DNA from: Paraspadella gotoi | Lineage: Eukaryota; Animalia; Chaetognatha | Direction: 5' to 3' | NCBI GenBank assembly: GCA_051294375.1 | Contig: CM119266.1 | Location: forward strand, 23,982,411-24,046,410 | Length of the DNA: 64,000 nt | Part shown: piece after piece, positions 27,106 through 40,900 of the stretch | How the letters are laid out: the number at the start of each line of letters is the position of its first letter | Numbering within the stretch: the stretch's first letter is position 1 | The notes under the pieces: model-generated | The model's input: the letters and a program-made list of their open reading frames with translations, nothing else | Database searches by the model: none | Told to the model about the DNA's origin: nothing | Position numbers and translations under genes: made by a program

Positions 27106-27195
27106 TGAGCAGATTGAAATCATTCGCTCGCAAGATTCGAGAAATGAGCGATGGATATCTATAAAAAAAAACTACTTCTTAAGTCGTGGAATTGT
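26253..27195. repeat. Triplicated block, copy C
   Basis: Matches 15693-16625 with scattered 1-bp indels, then continues into unique sequence. Confidence 0.88.
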
Positions 27196-27959
27196 TAGAA
27201 AATCTCCGAAAAATTCCGGATTTTTGTTTTATCGTCGACTTTCTTGAATATTAGGTTTAAGCTTGTTGATAATGATAATAAGACGACTTCTCAACATCAA
27301 TTTTGTGTAATGGATTTTACCCATACCCCTTACTCAAAACTCGATGAACATAAGTTCAATATATTCACATCCAAATTCTAAGAACTACGTACGATGTACT
27401 ATAACCATATACAAAACACAAAAAAAATAGCGTAACATTTACGAGAAAAATGTTGGTCTAAGTCATTTTTTTGTTTACAAATAATAACCGTCGAGTTTTT
27501 GCGGATTCTCGTCTCCTCATACTAATTTATCTTTCAAACGTATAAAACCTGAAAAAGAAGGATGAAACAGTAATGATGAAGGATCCTTAGGCACTTCCTC
27601 GAAAATATAAAAAAAAATGTTCGCTAGTATTTTTTTTTTCTTTTACTTTTCTCTGTAAAAGAAACGAAGCCAAAAGTCGCGAGGAAATGTAATTATTGAA
27701 AGAAAACAGATCGAGAGAATCCGGCTGCATCGTCGTCATCGTCCTCTTTTCGAACTTCGACAAGAATAACAATTTTAAAACCGGCTACCGTTACCGAATA
27801 AACAAACCGGGAGAACGCTCCCAAAACTCTCGATACCCATCCCTTGTTTACATTCGCCAACATCGGAGATTCCCTCTGTTTTCGTCGCCGGTGGAATAAC
27901 CTCCGTCGGGGCCTTAAAAAATGTTAATTTGCAGTTCATAAGAGTTTTGTTGGTTCATT

Positions 27960-30900
27960 ACTCATTAAAGCGTAGCAAAAATATAAAAATCAAGTGGAAT
28001 CAAAATTCCGAATAGTAGATGTCACAAACAGGCCTGTACCTGTGAACATTTTTAAATAAAAAAAATATATTTTTCAATTCTTTCGCAATATGCCCATTAT
28101 TTATACACGGTTCTTTTTATGGAGGAGGAAAAAGAAAATGGAAATATCCATCTCTGGAATGCATAAAAACCTGAAGAGTTGCTAGTTCTGGCAAGAGCTT
28201 AGGCTAAGTTTCAAGAAAAATTTGTCCAACCAGTTTTTTTTAAATTGCAGTTGAAGTTGGTAAGTTATTTTTGAGAAATTGATAACGTTTGTACTAATTT
28301 TGCAAAATATAGACTCCAATTCCAACATCTATATGTCAACGATATCAGTAACGAGAGCTTCATTTAAGACTCACTCTAACTTTCTCGACCTTTGGTTTTA
28401 AAAAGTTATTAATCAAAATATATATCTTTTTCTTTAAAAAAGTAATGGGCAATGGTGAGATTATGAGAAGTTATAATAAGACTTTAATCTAAAATTAATG
28501 AGGATACACGAACGAGTTCTTATAGACCAGTCTTCTTTCATATTAAATCATAAATAAATTTCTTCAAGGCTTAATATAGGTAATCATCACCCCCCAAATT
28601 TGAAAAAAGTATAATTAAATTTGTAAATTAAATTTACCAGTAATGATTTTATTAATTTTACTTAATATATTATGGACTAGAAACTTTATAGATGTGACCT
28701 TCTATTTTGAGCCTATGCAACCTCTTTACGATAAATATTTATTGAGAACTACCAAAGAAGCCCCAAAATATTTAGAAAACATAATTTTTAATTATATTTA
28801 AGTCATATCTCCTGGTGAATATATAACTTATTTAGTCAAATGATTTTATTTCAACAGACGTATATAAGTGTTAAGGCACATTATTAAAATACCATTTAGT
28901 TATAATTTTTATCATAATTTAATCAGGACACTTAATTTTCAGACAATTTTAACCAAATTTTCTAACATATACTTTTGGTTTTTACAGCAACAAAGTATTA
29001 AAACAGTAAAATTAAAAATTGATGATAAATCTGGCTAAGGCCAAAAGCTTAGAATGTATATATAGCGTTTTAAAAATTTTTCTCATAAAGATTTTAATGA
29101 TATAAGGACCTAAAAAAAATTTAAAAGAATATTATATATTACAATTAAAGATTGAAGAAATAATGATATACAGTAGTTTTATGGATTATTGTAGTGCTTG
29201 TAGTAGTAGTCGTGGGTGTAGGGTCCAGGGTGACGGTTTTGGTTGGTGTGGGAATAATTTTTTTTGCGTCATTATAATTGTGTGGTCCATATTGTTATCC
29301 ATGGGTGTGTTATTATAATTAATATTATTTTTAAATAGATATCAATATAGTAGTCATAGTAGTGGTTGTACTATTATATCCTGTATTAGAACCTGAAAAT
29401 TATGGTATGAATGTGTGATTGTTAGATGTAGGAAATATGTTTTTATAATATTAAATTTTTTCTAAAAAATTTACCTACTCTTTAAAAACTAAAAACTTTC
29501 AATATTAGGGTTTTAAGAATATGGCTATCTGTTTATAATTATAGAATCATGATAAATAATAAAAAAACTAACTGGAATATCATTATTATTCTTCAATCTT
29601 TAATTATAATAGAATTTTTTCTATTTTTCATTGCATTATATCATTAATCTTTATGAGAAAAATTTTTAAACCTAATAATACATTCTAAGTCTTTTGGCTT
29701 ACAGATTTTATCATAATTTTGATTATGTTTTTTTCTAGTACTTTGTTGTTGTAAAAATCAAAGTATATGCTAAAATTTGTTAAAAAATTGGCTGAAATTA
29801 AGTGTCCTGATTAAATTATGATAAAATAATAGCAAACTTAATGGTATTTAATATGTGCCTTACACTTTAATCTGCTGAATAAAATCATGACTTTAAAATA
29901 AGTTAATATGCACTGAGATATGACTTAAATAAATTAAAAAAGTTACATTTTTAAAGATTTTTAGGCTTTTTGGTAGTACTCAATAAATATTATCGTAAAG
30001 AGTTGGGCAATAGGCTCAAAATGACAGTCACATCCTATAGTTTCTAGTCCATAGATATTAAGTAAAATTATATAAAATCATTATGGTAAGATTATTTACA
30101 AATTTAATTATATTTTTTTAAAATTTTTTGGGATGATGGTACCTATATTTAAGCTTGAAGAAAAAATTTTATTTATGAACTTAATTGAAAGAAGACTGTT
30201 CTATAGAAACTTGTTGGTTATCCTCCAAAATTTTTTAGATTAAAGTCCTATATATTCTCAATAATACTCACCATTCAGACTTTTTAAAGAAAAAATAATA
30301 TATTTGATTAAATAACTTTTTTAACCAAAAGTCGGAGAAGTTGGGAGTGGTTCTTAAATTTAAAAAGCTCTCGGTTTACTGATATCTTTGACATATAGAG
30401 TTTGAATTGAGTCTATATTTTGCAAAATTAGTACAAAAGTATCAAATTCTCAAAAATTAAACTTACCAACTTCAACTGCAATTAAAAAAAAAACTGGTTG
30501 ACAAATTTTTCGACTTAGCCTAAGCTCTTGTTCCAGACAGCAACCTTTCAGCGTTTTTATCATTCCAGAGATGATAATTTTTCCATTGTTCTTTCCCATA
30601 GAAAGAACCGTGTATACATAGACTCACCATAGAAAATGTTGGAAATTATAAAATGTGTTTTTTCTTTATTTTTAAAACCAGATTCGAATTCCTCACGAAA
30701 AGTGTACAATGAAATATAACTCTTTTAGAAAAACTATTTCATTAAGTGGGTCAAAAAAATCCTAAAAACTTTGTGGCGACTCCTCAAAAAATAAGAAGAC
30801 GTTTTCCATCAAATAATTTTACATGTAATGGTTCAAAAAACCATGCCAAACAAAAAGTAAAAATCATAACCAAGGAAATATAACAATAACAACAATAACA

Positions 30901-31415
30901 AATATAATTACATAATTAGCGTTTGTAACGCTCAACAGTAGATAAAACGGTTACGTGCGTGAGAAACTTCATCCACTAAATGGTTGAGTGGTGAGATTCA
31001 CTAGTGGTGAATGGTAAGGTCACCCGTCGTCAGTTTGTCGTCGTCTTTGTCGTCGTCTTCGTCATTTGGGTCGCTACATATATATAATTAACCTAAAATT
31101 AAATTTTAGTATAAAAAATATAGTTTTTTTGAATTTTGGCTAACTTAATAAAAGAACTTTTGATTAAGACTATATTTTCTTTTATCAACTTTTATGAGGA
31201 ATTCGGAATCTGCTTCAAAACTAAAATAACTTATTTTAAAATTTTGACACCTTTCTATAGTAAGTACTATGATAAATATGGGCGTATGCGAAAAATTGAG
31301 AAATAATTTTTTTTTTTTGATATATAATGTTCTACAGTGTTCTTAGTTTCTGTTAGTGTTCTTTAACAACTTATTTCGAATTTGGATCTGCAACTTTCAC
31401 TACGCCTTATTGACT
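27960..31415. mobile_element. Non-autonomous foldback-type element with long diverged inverted arms (~27960-29185 versus ~29560-30616 plus 31272-31415)
   Basis: For example CAAGAGCTTAGGCTAAG (~28192) mirrors CTTAGCCTAAGCTCTTG (~30514), and GTACTAATTTTGCAAAATATAGACTC mirrors GAGTCTATATTTTGCAAAATTAGTAC. AT-rich, no ORF, ~370-nt central spacer. Outer ends approximate. Confidence 0.72.
30617..31271. mobile_element. MITE nested in the right arm of the foldback element
   Basis: Termini CATAG...CTATG with ~150-nt imperfect terminal inverted repeats (e.g. CAGATTCGAATTCCTCA versus TGAGGAATTCGGAATCTG), flanked by ATA on both sides. Removing it restores the mirror match to 28040-28110. Confidence 0.72.
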
Positions 31416-33958
31416 CATTTGCAATTTTATAATGTAATATCTGAAACTATGAAAGGTTTTATCTTTATAATATACTTAATGGTGATTTTACTATAAACAA
31501 GTCTCTTTTGCGATTTGAAGACAATGCTGCTAGACAAGAATCGAAAGGAAATTTGCCAAAAAATGTTGTAGAAATTTCAAAGAAGCTTTTTCCAAAAACG
31601 TTTTCATAACCGCTGACTTCTCAAAAGTCTTGTTTTAAGATTCTATGTATGAATCGGATAAAAACATGAAATTCTCCACTCGCTTCACAATTTCTTTCTT
31701 TTCACTTAGAATACCTGATTTTACCCAATCCCTTACCGCTTCCTCCTCCATACCTTCTATTCGCCCCCCCCATTCCCGACCTCAACGATCCCCGCATCCA
31801 ATCCCTAACATTTCGCTTTGGGATACAAACCAGACCGCTCGAAAAAATTACTTTTTTACAGATTTCGAATTCTCTCGAACACGAATCTCGCCCCAATTTT
31901 CGCGAAGCTCGAAAGAGTTTTTCGGTTTTTAAAACGCGGCGAAACCCGGGGAACGGTCCCGTGATCGAGAGTCGTCGCCGTTAACCGGTGAACTTAACGC
32001 TTCACGATTTCACCTCGGCCAACGTTTATGGGTTTTCGCGTTGGCCACGTTCTCCCGTAACGATAATTGAAGGGTAGATTTTTTTTCCGCGATAAATTTG
32101 TTACAATTTACGTACACGCGGGTAACTGAGCTCGATTATTTCCTTGATAATCTCGATATTATGAGCCCGTGATTAAGGAAACCATGTATGTATTTTTAAA
32201 AAAATATGATTTATCAATTGAAATATTACTTAATTTTAAACTTTTGTAACCTTGTAGCTAGCCCAAATCATAATTTTAGTGATAAAAGGATGAAAAAACA
32301 GATTCATGTAAATAATTTCATTTAATTGGCACTAAAGAAAAATTATACAAGAGAACAACGAACTGATTAACGCAGTTTAATAACTGGAAAATGTAATTTA
32401 TGAATGTAAATTACTGTCCATATGATTTATATTAGAAAAAGCTAACGCATTAACTTTATTTTAGCGTAAAAATACCTTTATACTATGATTGCATGGTACT
32501 TCATTCGAAAAAAAATTAAGCTAAGAGTTTTAATAAGTGAAAATAAAAAGGCTAAATATAATGAGAAAGATACCGTACGCCTATGCTGTGTATTGCACAT
32601 TTTATGACATTGCATTTTCCCAGACCATGCACATTTTAATTATAACAAAGAAAAAAACAAAACAAAGAAAAGAAAAACCTAAAAATATTGCAAAAATATA
32701 TTTAAACTTGTACATTCTAAGTAACGAATTGGTAAAAAAAAGAACGAGTAAATCAACTGTACAAATATAAAGAAAAAATAGAGAAAATTAGCACCATTCG
32801 TAGATTTTTAGCACCGTTACTGTTGCAATCATTTAGAAAATTAGCACCGTTTCTGTTTTCACAAATATCGAACACATTGTGGGTTTTAAGAATAACGGTT
32901 ACGAATAAATAAAGCTCTCGCGACAAATTTATCCATTTTTGTCGTAGTTATGATATAAAAATGATGTAATATGTTGATAATTAACGCCTTACCAATGCGA
33001 GGATATATCTCATTCATTTAAAGCAAGGTATCAAAGAAGCCATGTTCTATTGTAACGTAGGAACAAAATTTTTTTTAAATTTGTAAAGTAATATGTTGGA
33101 GGGAAAAATAACATCACGATATTGCGCTACTTGTTGTATGTACACACGATAGCATTTTGTTCATATCATCGTCGCTCTCGAAACGAAAGAAACTAAAGAT
33201 TGTTTTCATTAAAAAAAAAAGGAAAAGAAGAAAAAAAACCTCTGTAATAAAACTAAGTCTTTTTTATAGTTTTTTTCCCTTGAAACTGGGTGGTTGTCAA
33301 TCTTTCTTTTTTTCTGTCGTTTCTTTTAATTGGAGGGAGAGTAAGAGGATTGGGGAACATAGTTCGAGGGATCGGGGGATAAGAGATAGGGGGATACGGA
33401 TAGGAGAGGGCAAGAAATGGGGGGGGGAATTTGTTTTCGGCAACCCGACGTGGGCGAGCCGCCTCGGCTTTATTTAAATTTTTTTTTCTTTGGCTGCGAA
33501 GAAGAGAGAGAGAGAGTGGAGGTGAGAGAGCGAGAGAGGAATGCCATTCGGAGATTCGGACGGGAGGAGCGATTCTTGGGATGGATGGGGGGGGGTAGGT
33601 GCGAGAGAGAAGAGGAAGAGAACGGAAGACGAAACGGCGGTACGTGGATTCGAATATTTTCCGACATTTTTGGAGTGGAAGTGGGATTTCCAGGCGCGAT
33701 CGGCGCTCGTGAGGAGGATGGGGGGCGGGGAGTTTGAAAGGAGGGGAAGAATGCTTCGAAGGCGTGGTGACAGCGGAGAGAAGAGTCGTTGTCTTCGTCG
33801 TCGTCGAGATGGACGACGACGACGGCGATGACGATGACGACGACGACGTCGGCGAACAACAAAACGAAAATCCCTCTTCGGATCGACGGGTGGGTTCGTC
33901 CGGAAAAGTCAAGGACTTGTCGACGAGAGTTTCGAGGATGTGGGTGAAAGGCTGTTGA

Positions 33959-33962
<4 letters not shown>

Positions 33963-34042
<80 letters not shown>
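33963..34042. repeat. (GA)n microsatellite
   Basis: Pure GA run. Confidence 0.96.
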
Positions 34043-34044
<2 letters not shown>

Positions 34045-35938
34045 TTGTTGAAACGAGGGGGTAGAAGAGAAAGAGCTGGGGACGCCGGAGTGGGCGATCT
34101 GCTTGTCGTTGGTTGGAAAAGCGTCAGGAGGCGTGACGAAGACGCTGCTGGTCGAACCACAGATGTCGCGCGGATTTGTCGTCAGGAATGAAGCTGAAAA
34201 GAAAGTAATACGAGTTCATAAAATTAATTATGATTCTTAAGCATAAATTATCCTATTATAGTACCATTTATTCATTAAGTAGGCAAAATTATTCAAATTT
34301 TGTCCTTAATTAAAGAATTTCTTTTAATGATTTATACTATTATTTTTTAATTCTTTAATCCTGAGAGACAACAACAGAAGGTGAGGGAATAGAAGCTAAA
34401 CTCGAGGGTCGAGGAGGTCTTGAATCTAGGGAAATGAACTGAGGGTGGTTGAGACTGTGAGACATCACTTTGGTGGGTGTTGGAGTTCAGTTTTTTTTTA
34501 TCTGTTAAATTGTTTCAATTGTTTAGTATTTATTATAAAATTTATAGTATCCTAAAAAATCCCGCGAAAGTTGGTTCAAGTGTATAATAAAAACTAGGAG
34601 TGTGCTTTATATCTGAATGGATGTAGTTGGAATGAGTGAAAGGATGAAAAAAATGTTTTACATCTGAAGAGATGGGTTGAGGAAGACGAGAAGTGCTTTG
34701 CATCTGGTTATACTTTTAAACTTTTTCCGCGAATTTGCTCGATTTTCTCGTCAGAGGCTCGAAGAATTTTAAATCGATCATAGAATAAAAAAAAAGACGC
34801 CAGACAAAATATATAAAAATAGCGAAAAACACAAACTCATACTTTGAGAACAATCGTTCACTTTTTAAGTCATTCAATTTTTTTTAAACGGTTTGTTTAC
34901 TTAATTTATAAGTTCATCCATATCTTTCATCAATCGCTTTTCATAAGCTATCCTCTAAGTAACAAGCACCCTCTTCCAATCATTCTCACCATCCTTTACC
35001 AAGCTTTTAGCGAAAAATCGCTTTTTGCTCTCGATAACAACGAAGGTCATTAAAATCTCTCTCCCGAACTCAATACGGTCCCGACTCGTCGCATTTTTGA
35101 CTGACGATCACTACACAATAACATTTTCTTTTTACTTTTTTATTTCTATTTTTTTTTTTTTTTTTACGATTTCAGCGACCATCATTCTCGATTGCTTCGT
35201 GCGCGTTCGGGCTTTGAAAAGTCCTTAGTCGGCCTTTGGTCCGCGGGGTCGTCTCGACTCAAAACAAAATTTTAGTTTTAAGTAAAAAAAAACCCTTTTC
35301 TCCATTTTTTATTCAAATCTTTTGGAGGTAAACGTCCCTCGAATTAGAAAAAAGTGGTTAAAGGAGAAAGGATAAACGTTTGAAAGGACGCACCCTGGTT
35401 TTTTTTCCTAATCAAAAAATAATTTTTGAGATAACCTCGTTCCAAAAAAAAAGTTTTTTCTCCGAAAACGACTTCACTAAGTGGGAAAGATTTAATTTTT
35501 AGGGATATACTAAGTGGGGTAGAATAAACGCGCCCCCCGGTCCCTTTGATTCTCCCCTCGCTTTATGATCTGGTAATAGTAAAAGGGGTAAACACCATTA
35601 ACTTTTAAATTCTTTAAACCGAATTTTTATCACGCTCGCCGATTCGTCAATGCCCTGTACAACATTTAGGCGAAGTTGTTAACCTAAATCAAGTTTCACA
35701 CGAGATATTTTTTTTTTTTTAAACTTTCGTCAAAGGCTGATTTTTATCTCTGATCGAGATTTTTCGTGTCTCACGATCGAACGAAAACGGTCGGACGTTA
35801 GAATCGTTGTCAGTCCAACAAACTTGACGAACCTGACAATTTAAAGACGATCTTGGCTTCCTTGACGACGGCTTTGACTCGATGATGATCTTGACAGTCG
35901 CGTGGTAATCCGTGAACAGTTTTTTTTTCTTTTCTCGA

Positions 35939-36050
35939 TGACGTAAGTCACGTGACCAAACGAAGACGAACGGTGACGCGACGAAGCGATCGCGTCATCG
36001 AATCGATCAATCGACAATCACAATCACAGACTGAGGATGACCAATCACTG
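35939..36050. promoter_or_regulatory. Promoter-like motif cluster (CRE, palindromic E-box/CLEAR, CCAAT)
   Basis: TGACGTAA at 35939-35946 directly adjoining GTCACGTGAC at 35947-35956, and GACCAATCA near 36040, in CpG-rich sequence. Confidence 0.3.
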
Positions 36051-36490
36051 CGACGAAGTTGGACGATCGATTTTTAATCGATCACACGAGGATCGTATTT
36101 CCGGCGGCGAAAAGGACGGAAGGGATTGAGGCGGAAAATCCTTGTTTGACGTTTTCGTAATCCGTGCCGTTTGCTAATTCTTTCTCAATTATCTTTCGCC
36201 GAATTAATTATTTTTCTTTTTCTTTTTTTTTTAAAGTAGTAGTCGAGCGATGGTGGGAAGATGAATTTCGTTGGCGCGGAAAGATGCTGCTAACAGCTGG
36301 GCGTCGTGCCTTTAGGAAAAGAAAAATGAGTTTTTTTAAAAAAAAATAATTCGAAAAGCATTTTTTTTTCATTCTCGAAATATTAGAAAATTCTGACCTC
36401 GAATTAATTCGCGGACTGAATTTCTTCAGCTCAAAAAATGTGTTAATTATGACAGGAAATGAAGATTTCGCGACCATTTTCATTCTTCTT

Positions 36491-36584
36491 TCATTCATCA
36501 TTCATTCATTCATTATTCATTCATTCATTCATTCATTTCATTCATTCATTCATTCATTCATTTTTCATTCATTCATTCATTCAT
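36491..36584. repeat. (TTCA)n microsatellite
   Basis: TTCA tetranucleotide array. Confidence 0.93.
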
Positions 36585-37928
36585 AGATTGACCTGCAGGC
36601 CGCGTTGCCTTTTCCGCTGCACTTCTCCAAGAGGATGGAGTTTCAAAAAGCGAATCTTCTCAAATGCTGCACCTCGGTACGCAGCAATTGGGGGACGGGA
36701 CAGGAAGAAGAAAGATAAAAAGGAGAGAGGAGGAAAGAGCTTGGAATCATCAATAGGCGAAGAGACGGATTGGCTCGTCGTGAGATGCCGGCGTTACGCG
36801 GCGGCGCGTCGGCGAAGACGGCGTCGAAGTGGGTGCACGGTCGCGAGTCTGTGTTCACGTGCGCGGTTTCGTATTGTTATGAAGACGAACGTCGAAGTTT
36901 TTGTTTACACAAAGACACGATATTTAGTTTAGTAAAATCGATTATTAAAATTTTAAAAATAACTCACGTATTTCAATAATACAATTATTTTTTAATTAAA
37001 AGGCTTCTTTGATTTATATGTTAAGGCTTTTAATGTGAGAAATTTAACAATAAAAGATAAAAATGTAATTTTTAAATTAAAACTCTTCAAACGTAAAACA
37101 TGCAAAAACAAAAATTACAATACAAGACACACAAAGATTAAAAAAATAACTAAAGGGAAACAAATGGAAAAGAATCATGAGAATGAAAGAAAGACGTCGA
37201 ACAAAACAATGACAACGATGACAACATTGACAACGAGGACAACGATGGAGACAAAGAACAACAACAAAATCAAGCAGAGATTGCAATCTTAATCAACGTC
37301 ATCACCGGAGTTTCGCTTCTCTCTTCTTAATTCAAAAGGAAGATAAAGAAAGGTCAACATCGAAGTATCTCGACCACGAACCCCGCCTTGGATATAAATG
37401 CTCTTTGGAATTTCCGTTATTTATCTTTTTTTTTTACGAAGATGAATAATGGCAGCTGTGTCTGGCTGGTCATGGCTACAGAAGAGATTGTGCAGTTTTG
37501 TATAGCAATTATTTTTTCAACTAATTTTTTGGAATACTGATGAGTCTCGAGCTTCTTTGTGTGTGGGCTCTCCACCGAAAATGTGAGTGTGAGGTGATTC
37601 TTTTTTTTTTTTCAAATTTACATGGACATCTTTGGTTTTATACAAAAAGGGCAAAGTTAATTTGGGGTAATCTACCAATTCCATGATTTACACAACCATT
37701 TACATCCGGATTCAATTCAATAATCACATTTTTTTTGATGCTGCATCTGGCATAAATAGAACTAATATCCGTGAACTTTTTCTGACCCTGAATTTTGAAA
37801 GACTTTAAATTCTTTTTGATTTTTTTTTTTTAAATTATGCGGAATTTGAAATTGAAAATGCCTTTACCCTTTGTTATGCTAAAGAGAAAAATATAAAACT
37901 CATCCAATATATGTCAGATCGCATACAG

Positions 37929-40900
37929 TTAACTGAAACAAATGGCGCCGACCTCAAAGCCAAACATTTGATAACCAGCTCCGTAATCTTTGGGGACGAA
38001 AATTGACGATGGGAAGTTGATTAAGTTTCTTTGTTTTGACTTCGAAAACTGTGTAACTTTGTGACGGGCGATTCCTACATCCGTCATAGATGATCTGCTG
38101 CGATGTAAATATACTTGGTATCAAACTCATAGTCGTTGTGCCCTGGAGGACTAAGGCCAATTCAATGAGTAGTCATCTACATTGTAACCACGCTGCCGAG
38201 TTAGTACAAAATAGGTGAAGTTCTGCCTAGCTTCTTCACTGAGGCAAGCGGAGGAAGGTAAGTTGAACTGATTCATCATACTCAATTTCAAAACTCCTTC
38301 AACTTGGAGAATGGCTTATTTGTTGTACTTTCTTTTCTCCACCAACGCTGGGGCATCGTTCGGAACTGCTGCTTTGGATTGACACAAGTTTCTCCAGATC
38401 TACTCATGTTGCAGTAGACATAGATCGCGTCATTGATTACTCCAAGGTTTGGGTCAATCCAGTACCAACCATCTGGCAAGTCAGGATGTCCTTGATGAAG
38501 ATCTCTGCATGATCTAGCTGGTTCATCCTTAGTTTCCGACAGGATTAGAAATAGCATTCAGTTGTTTCTGCATGTTGTCCAAATAATTCAACTATCCGGG
38601 AAACAACATTTACATAATGTTCTCTTCATGAAGATCATCTTCAGCAATTTCTTTATTCTCATTCCAAATCTCTTTTTTTTCTTGCCGCTGTTTTTGGTGG
38701 ACTGATAAAATCAGGGGGAATGAGCTGAGCCTCACCAGGGGGTCCAGGAGGTTCCAGGGGGACCTGGTGGTCCAGAATCACCTTTGATACCCGCGGAACC
38801 TGTTGTGTTCCTTTAAGACTACAGATCCCCTCTGGGCCTGGTGGTCCAGCAGGTCCATCAGCTCCAGATAATTCCATCTGGCCCAGCATTCCAGGATCTC
38901 CTTTGGGACGCAACTTTTCTGGCGGACCTTTTGGTCCTGTATCACCTTTAGGACCAGCTTCTCCAGGGGGACCCATCAAACCAATAGCTCCTGGATGTCC
39001 TTTTAGTACCTTTGAAAACCGGGGTCACCTTGAGTCCTCCTGGACCTGGTGTCCAGTAATACCAGATTGCCCTGGAGAACCTGGTGGGCCTGGTGGCCCA
39101 ACATCTCCCTGTGGTCCAATAGATCCTCTCAAACCAGGAATTCCAGTTGGTCCAGCTGGTCCTAACCCTCCAGGTCCTCCTGGGGGACCTTGAGAACCCA
39201 ATGGTCCAGCATACACCTTTTTTGGTCCAATTGGACCTGAAGGTCCTTGCACTCCAGGTGGTCCTGTAGGTCCTTGTTTTGCCAGGCAAACCTTGTAGTC
39301 CAACTTCACCAGGTGGACATCTTCTCCAGGTGGTCCTAAAGGACCAGGATCTCCATTAATACCAGGAAGCCATCCAATCCCTTTGGAAACCAGGTGGCCC
39401 AGGCCTTCCTGCATTTCCTGAAAACCAGTTTGGTCCCGGATCTCCTTTTGGTCCTCAACGCCTGGCAAACCTCTGGGACCAGGTGGTCCTTGAGGTCCCA
39501 AAGTCCCATCTTCACTCTTTTGCTCCTGGAAGACCAACGAGGACCAGTTCACCATCTTTTCCAGGATTACCCACTAAAACCTGGCAAACCAGGATCTCCC
39601 TTAGAGCCTCGGGAACCTTCAGTTCCAGTGGAGCCTGGTGTTCCAGCTTCTCCTTGTGCTCCAGGTGTGCCTGGAGATCCTTGAGGTCCAGGGGGTCCTG
39701 GAGGTTCCTCGTTGTCCAGGATCTCCTGTATCACCTTTTCCACCCTGAGGTCTCAGGTAATCCCTGTAAACCGGGCAATCCAGGAAACTCCAGGCGGGCC
39801 TCGAGGTCCTTCATCTCCTTTGTCCACAGGAATTCCTTGAGGGCCCTTTTAATTCCTGGTTCACCAGGTGGCCCAATCTGTCCCATTGGACCTTCCGGGC
39901 CTTGCTTGCCAGGTGAACCTGGCGGTCCTTGTAACCAAAGTCACCTTTGAAACCTTTTTCACCTGCTGGACCAGGATCACCTTTATCACCATCTTCGCCG
40001 GGCCGACCAACTGGTCCCTGGTGGTCCTGGTAAACCTCTTCCTCCTGGGAGGCATCTCTTCCAGGGATCCTGGGATACCAGATTCTCCAGGATCACCTTT
40101 CCCTCCTTGTAGACCGATTTCTCCTTGAGGACCCGGTCTACCAACTGGTCCTTGCCCTCCTGAAGGACCAGCTACACCCTGCTCACCTTGTCACCTGATG
40201 GGCCTGATGGTCCACTAGGACCTCTTTCTCCTTTTCCACCATCTTACCTGGAGGACTGGTAAACCACGCTCTCCTGAAAAACCTTGGAATCCTGGAGTCC
40301 CTCAGCACCAGATGTTCCAGGGGGCCCGGCTAAAACCTCTTTCACCTGGCTTTCCTGCTTCACCAGGAAGTCCTGATTCTCCAGGCAAACCTGGATTTTC
40401 CTGGTACACCTCTATCACCTGCAGACCCTGTTTCACCAAGCGGGGCCAGGTGGTCCTACACTCAACTGGCCCAGGTTGCCAGGCTGTCCCGGACTTCCAG
40501 GTTCTCCTCTTTCTTCCAGGTAATCCAACCAATCCATCCTTGCCAGGTATTCCAGATGGACCAGGTGCTCCAGGATATCCGCTAGGGCCTCGATTCCTTT
40601 CTAAAACCTGGCGCTCCAGATGCACCAGGAGTACCTGGAGGACCTGTTTCACCTTTTGGTCCAATTGGGCCTGGAATACCTCTTTGTCCACGTTCTCCTC
40701 TTGGGCCTCTTGGTCCAGATTCTCCTCTATCACCATCTGCTCCAACAGATCCCGGTGGACCTGAAGGTCCATCGCGACCTCTTTTTCGCAACCAAAACCC
40801 TGTCACCTTTAGCTCCTCTTCTTCCAGGGTATCCAGGAAACCCAGGGATGCCCATTTTTTCCTTTTTCACCAAATGGTCCAGGGGGTCCAGTTTCACCTC

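Noticed and set aside
16651-27195. LTR retrotransposon reading (copies B and C as LTRs around an 8.4-kb interior)
   Set aside because: No gag/pol ORF, PBS or polypurine tract recognised; the repeats have unequal 5' ends, contain long microsatellites and abut N-gaps.
28106-30612. TA-flanked Tc1/mariner-type element with CACGG termini
   Set aside because: Mirror homology resumes beyond the nested MITE (28040-28104 versus 31272-31340), so these are not the true ends.
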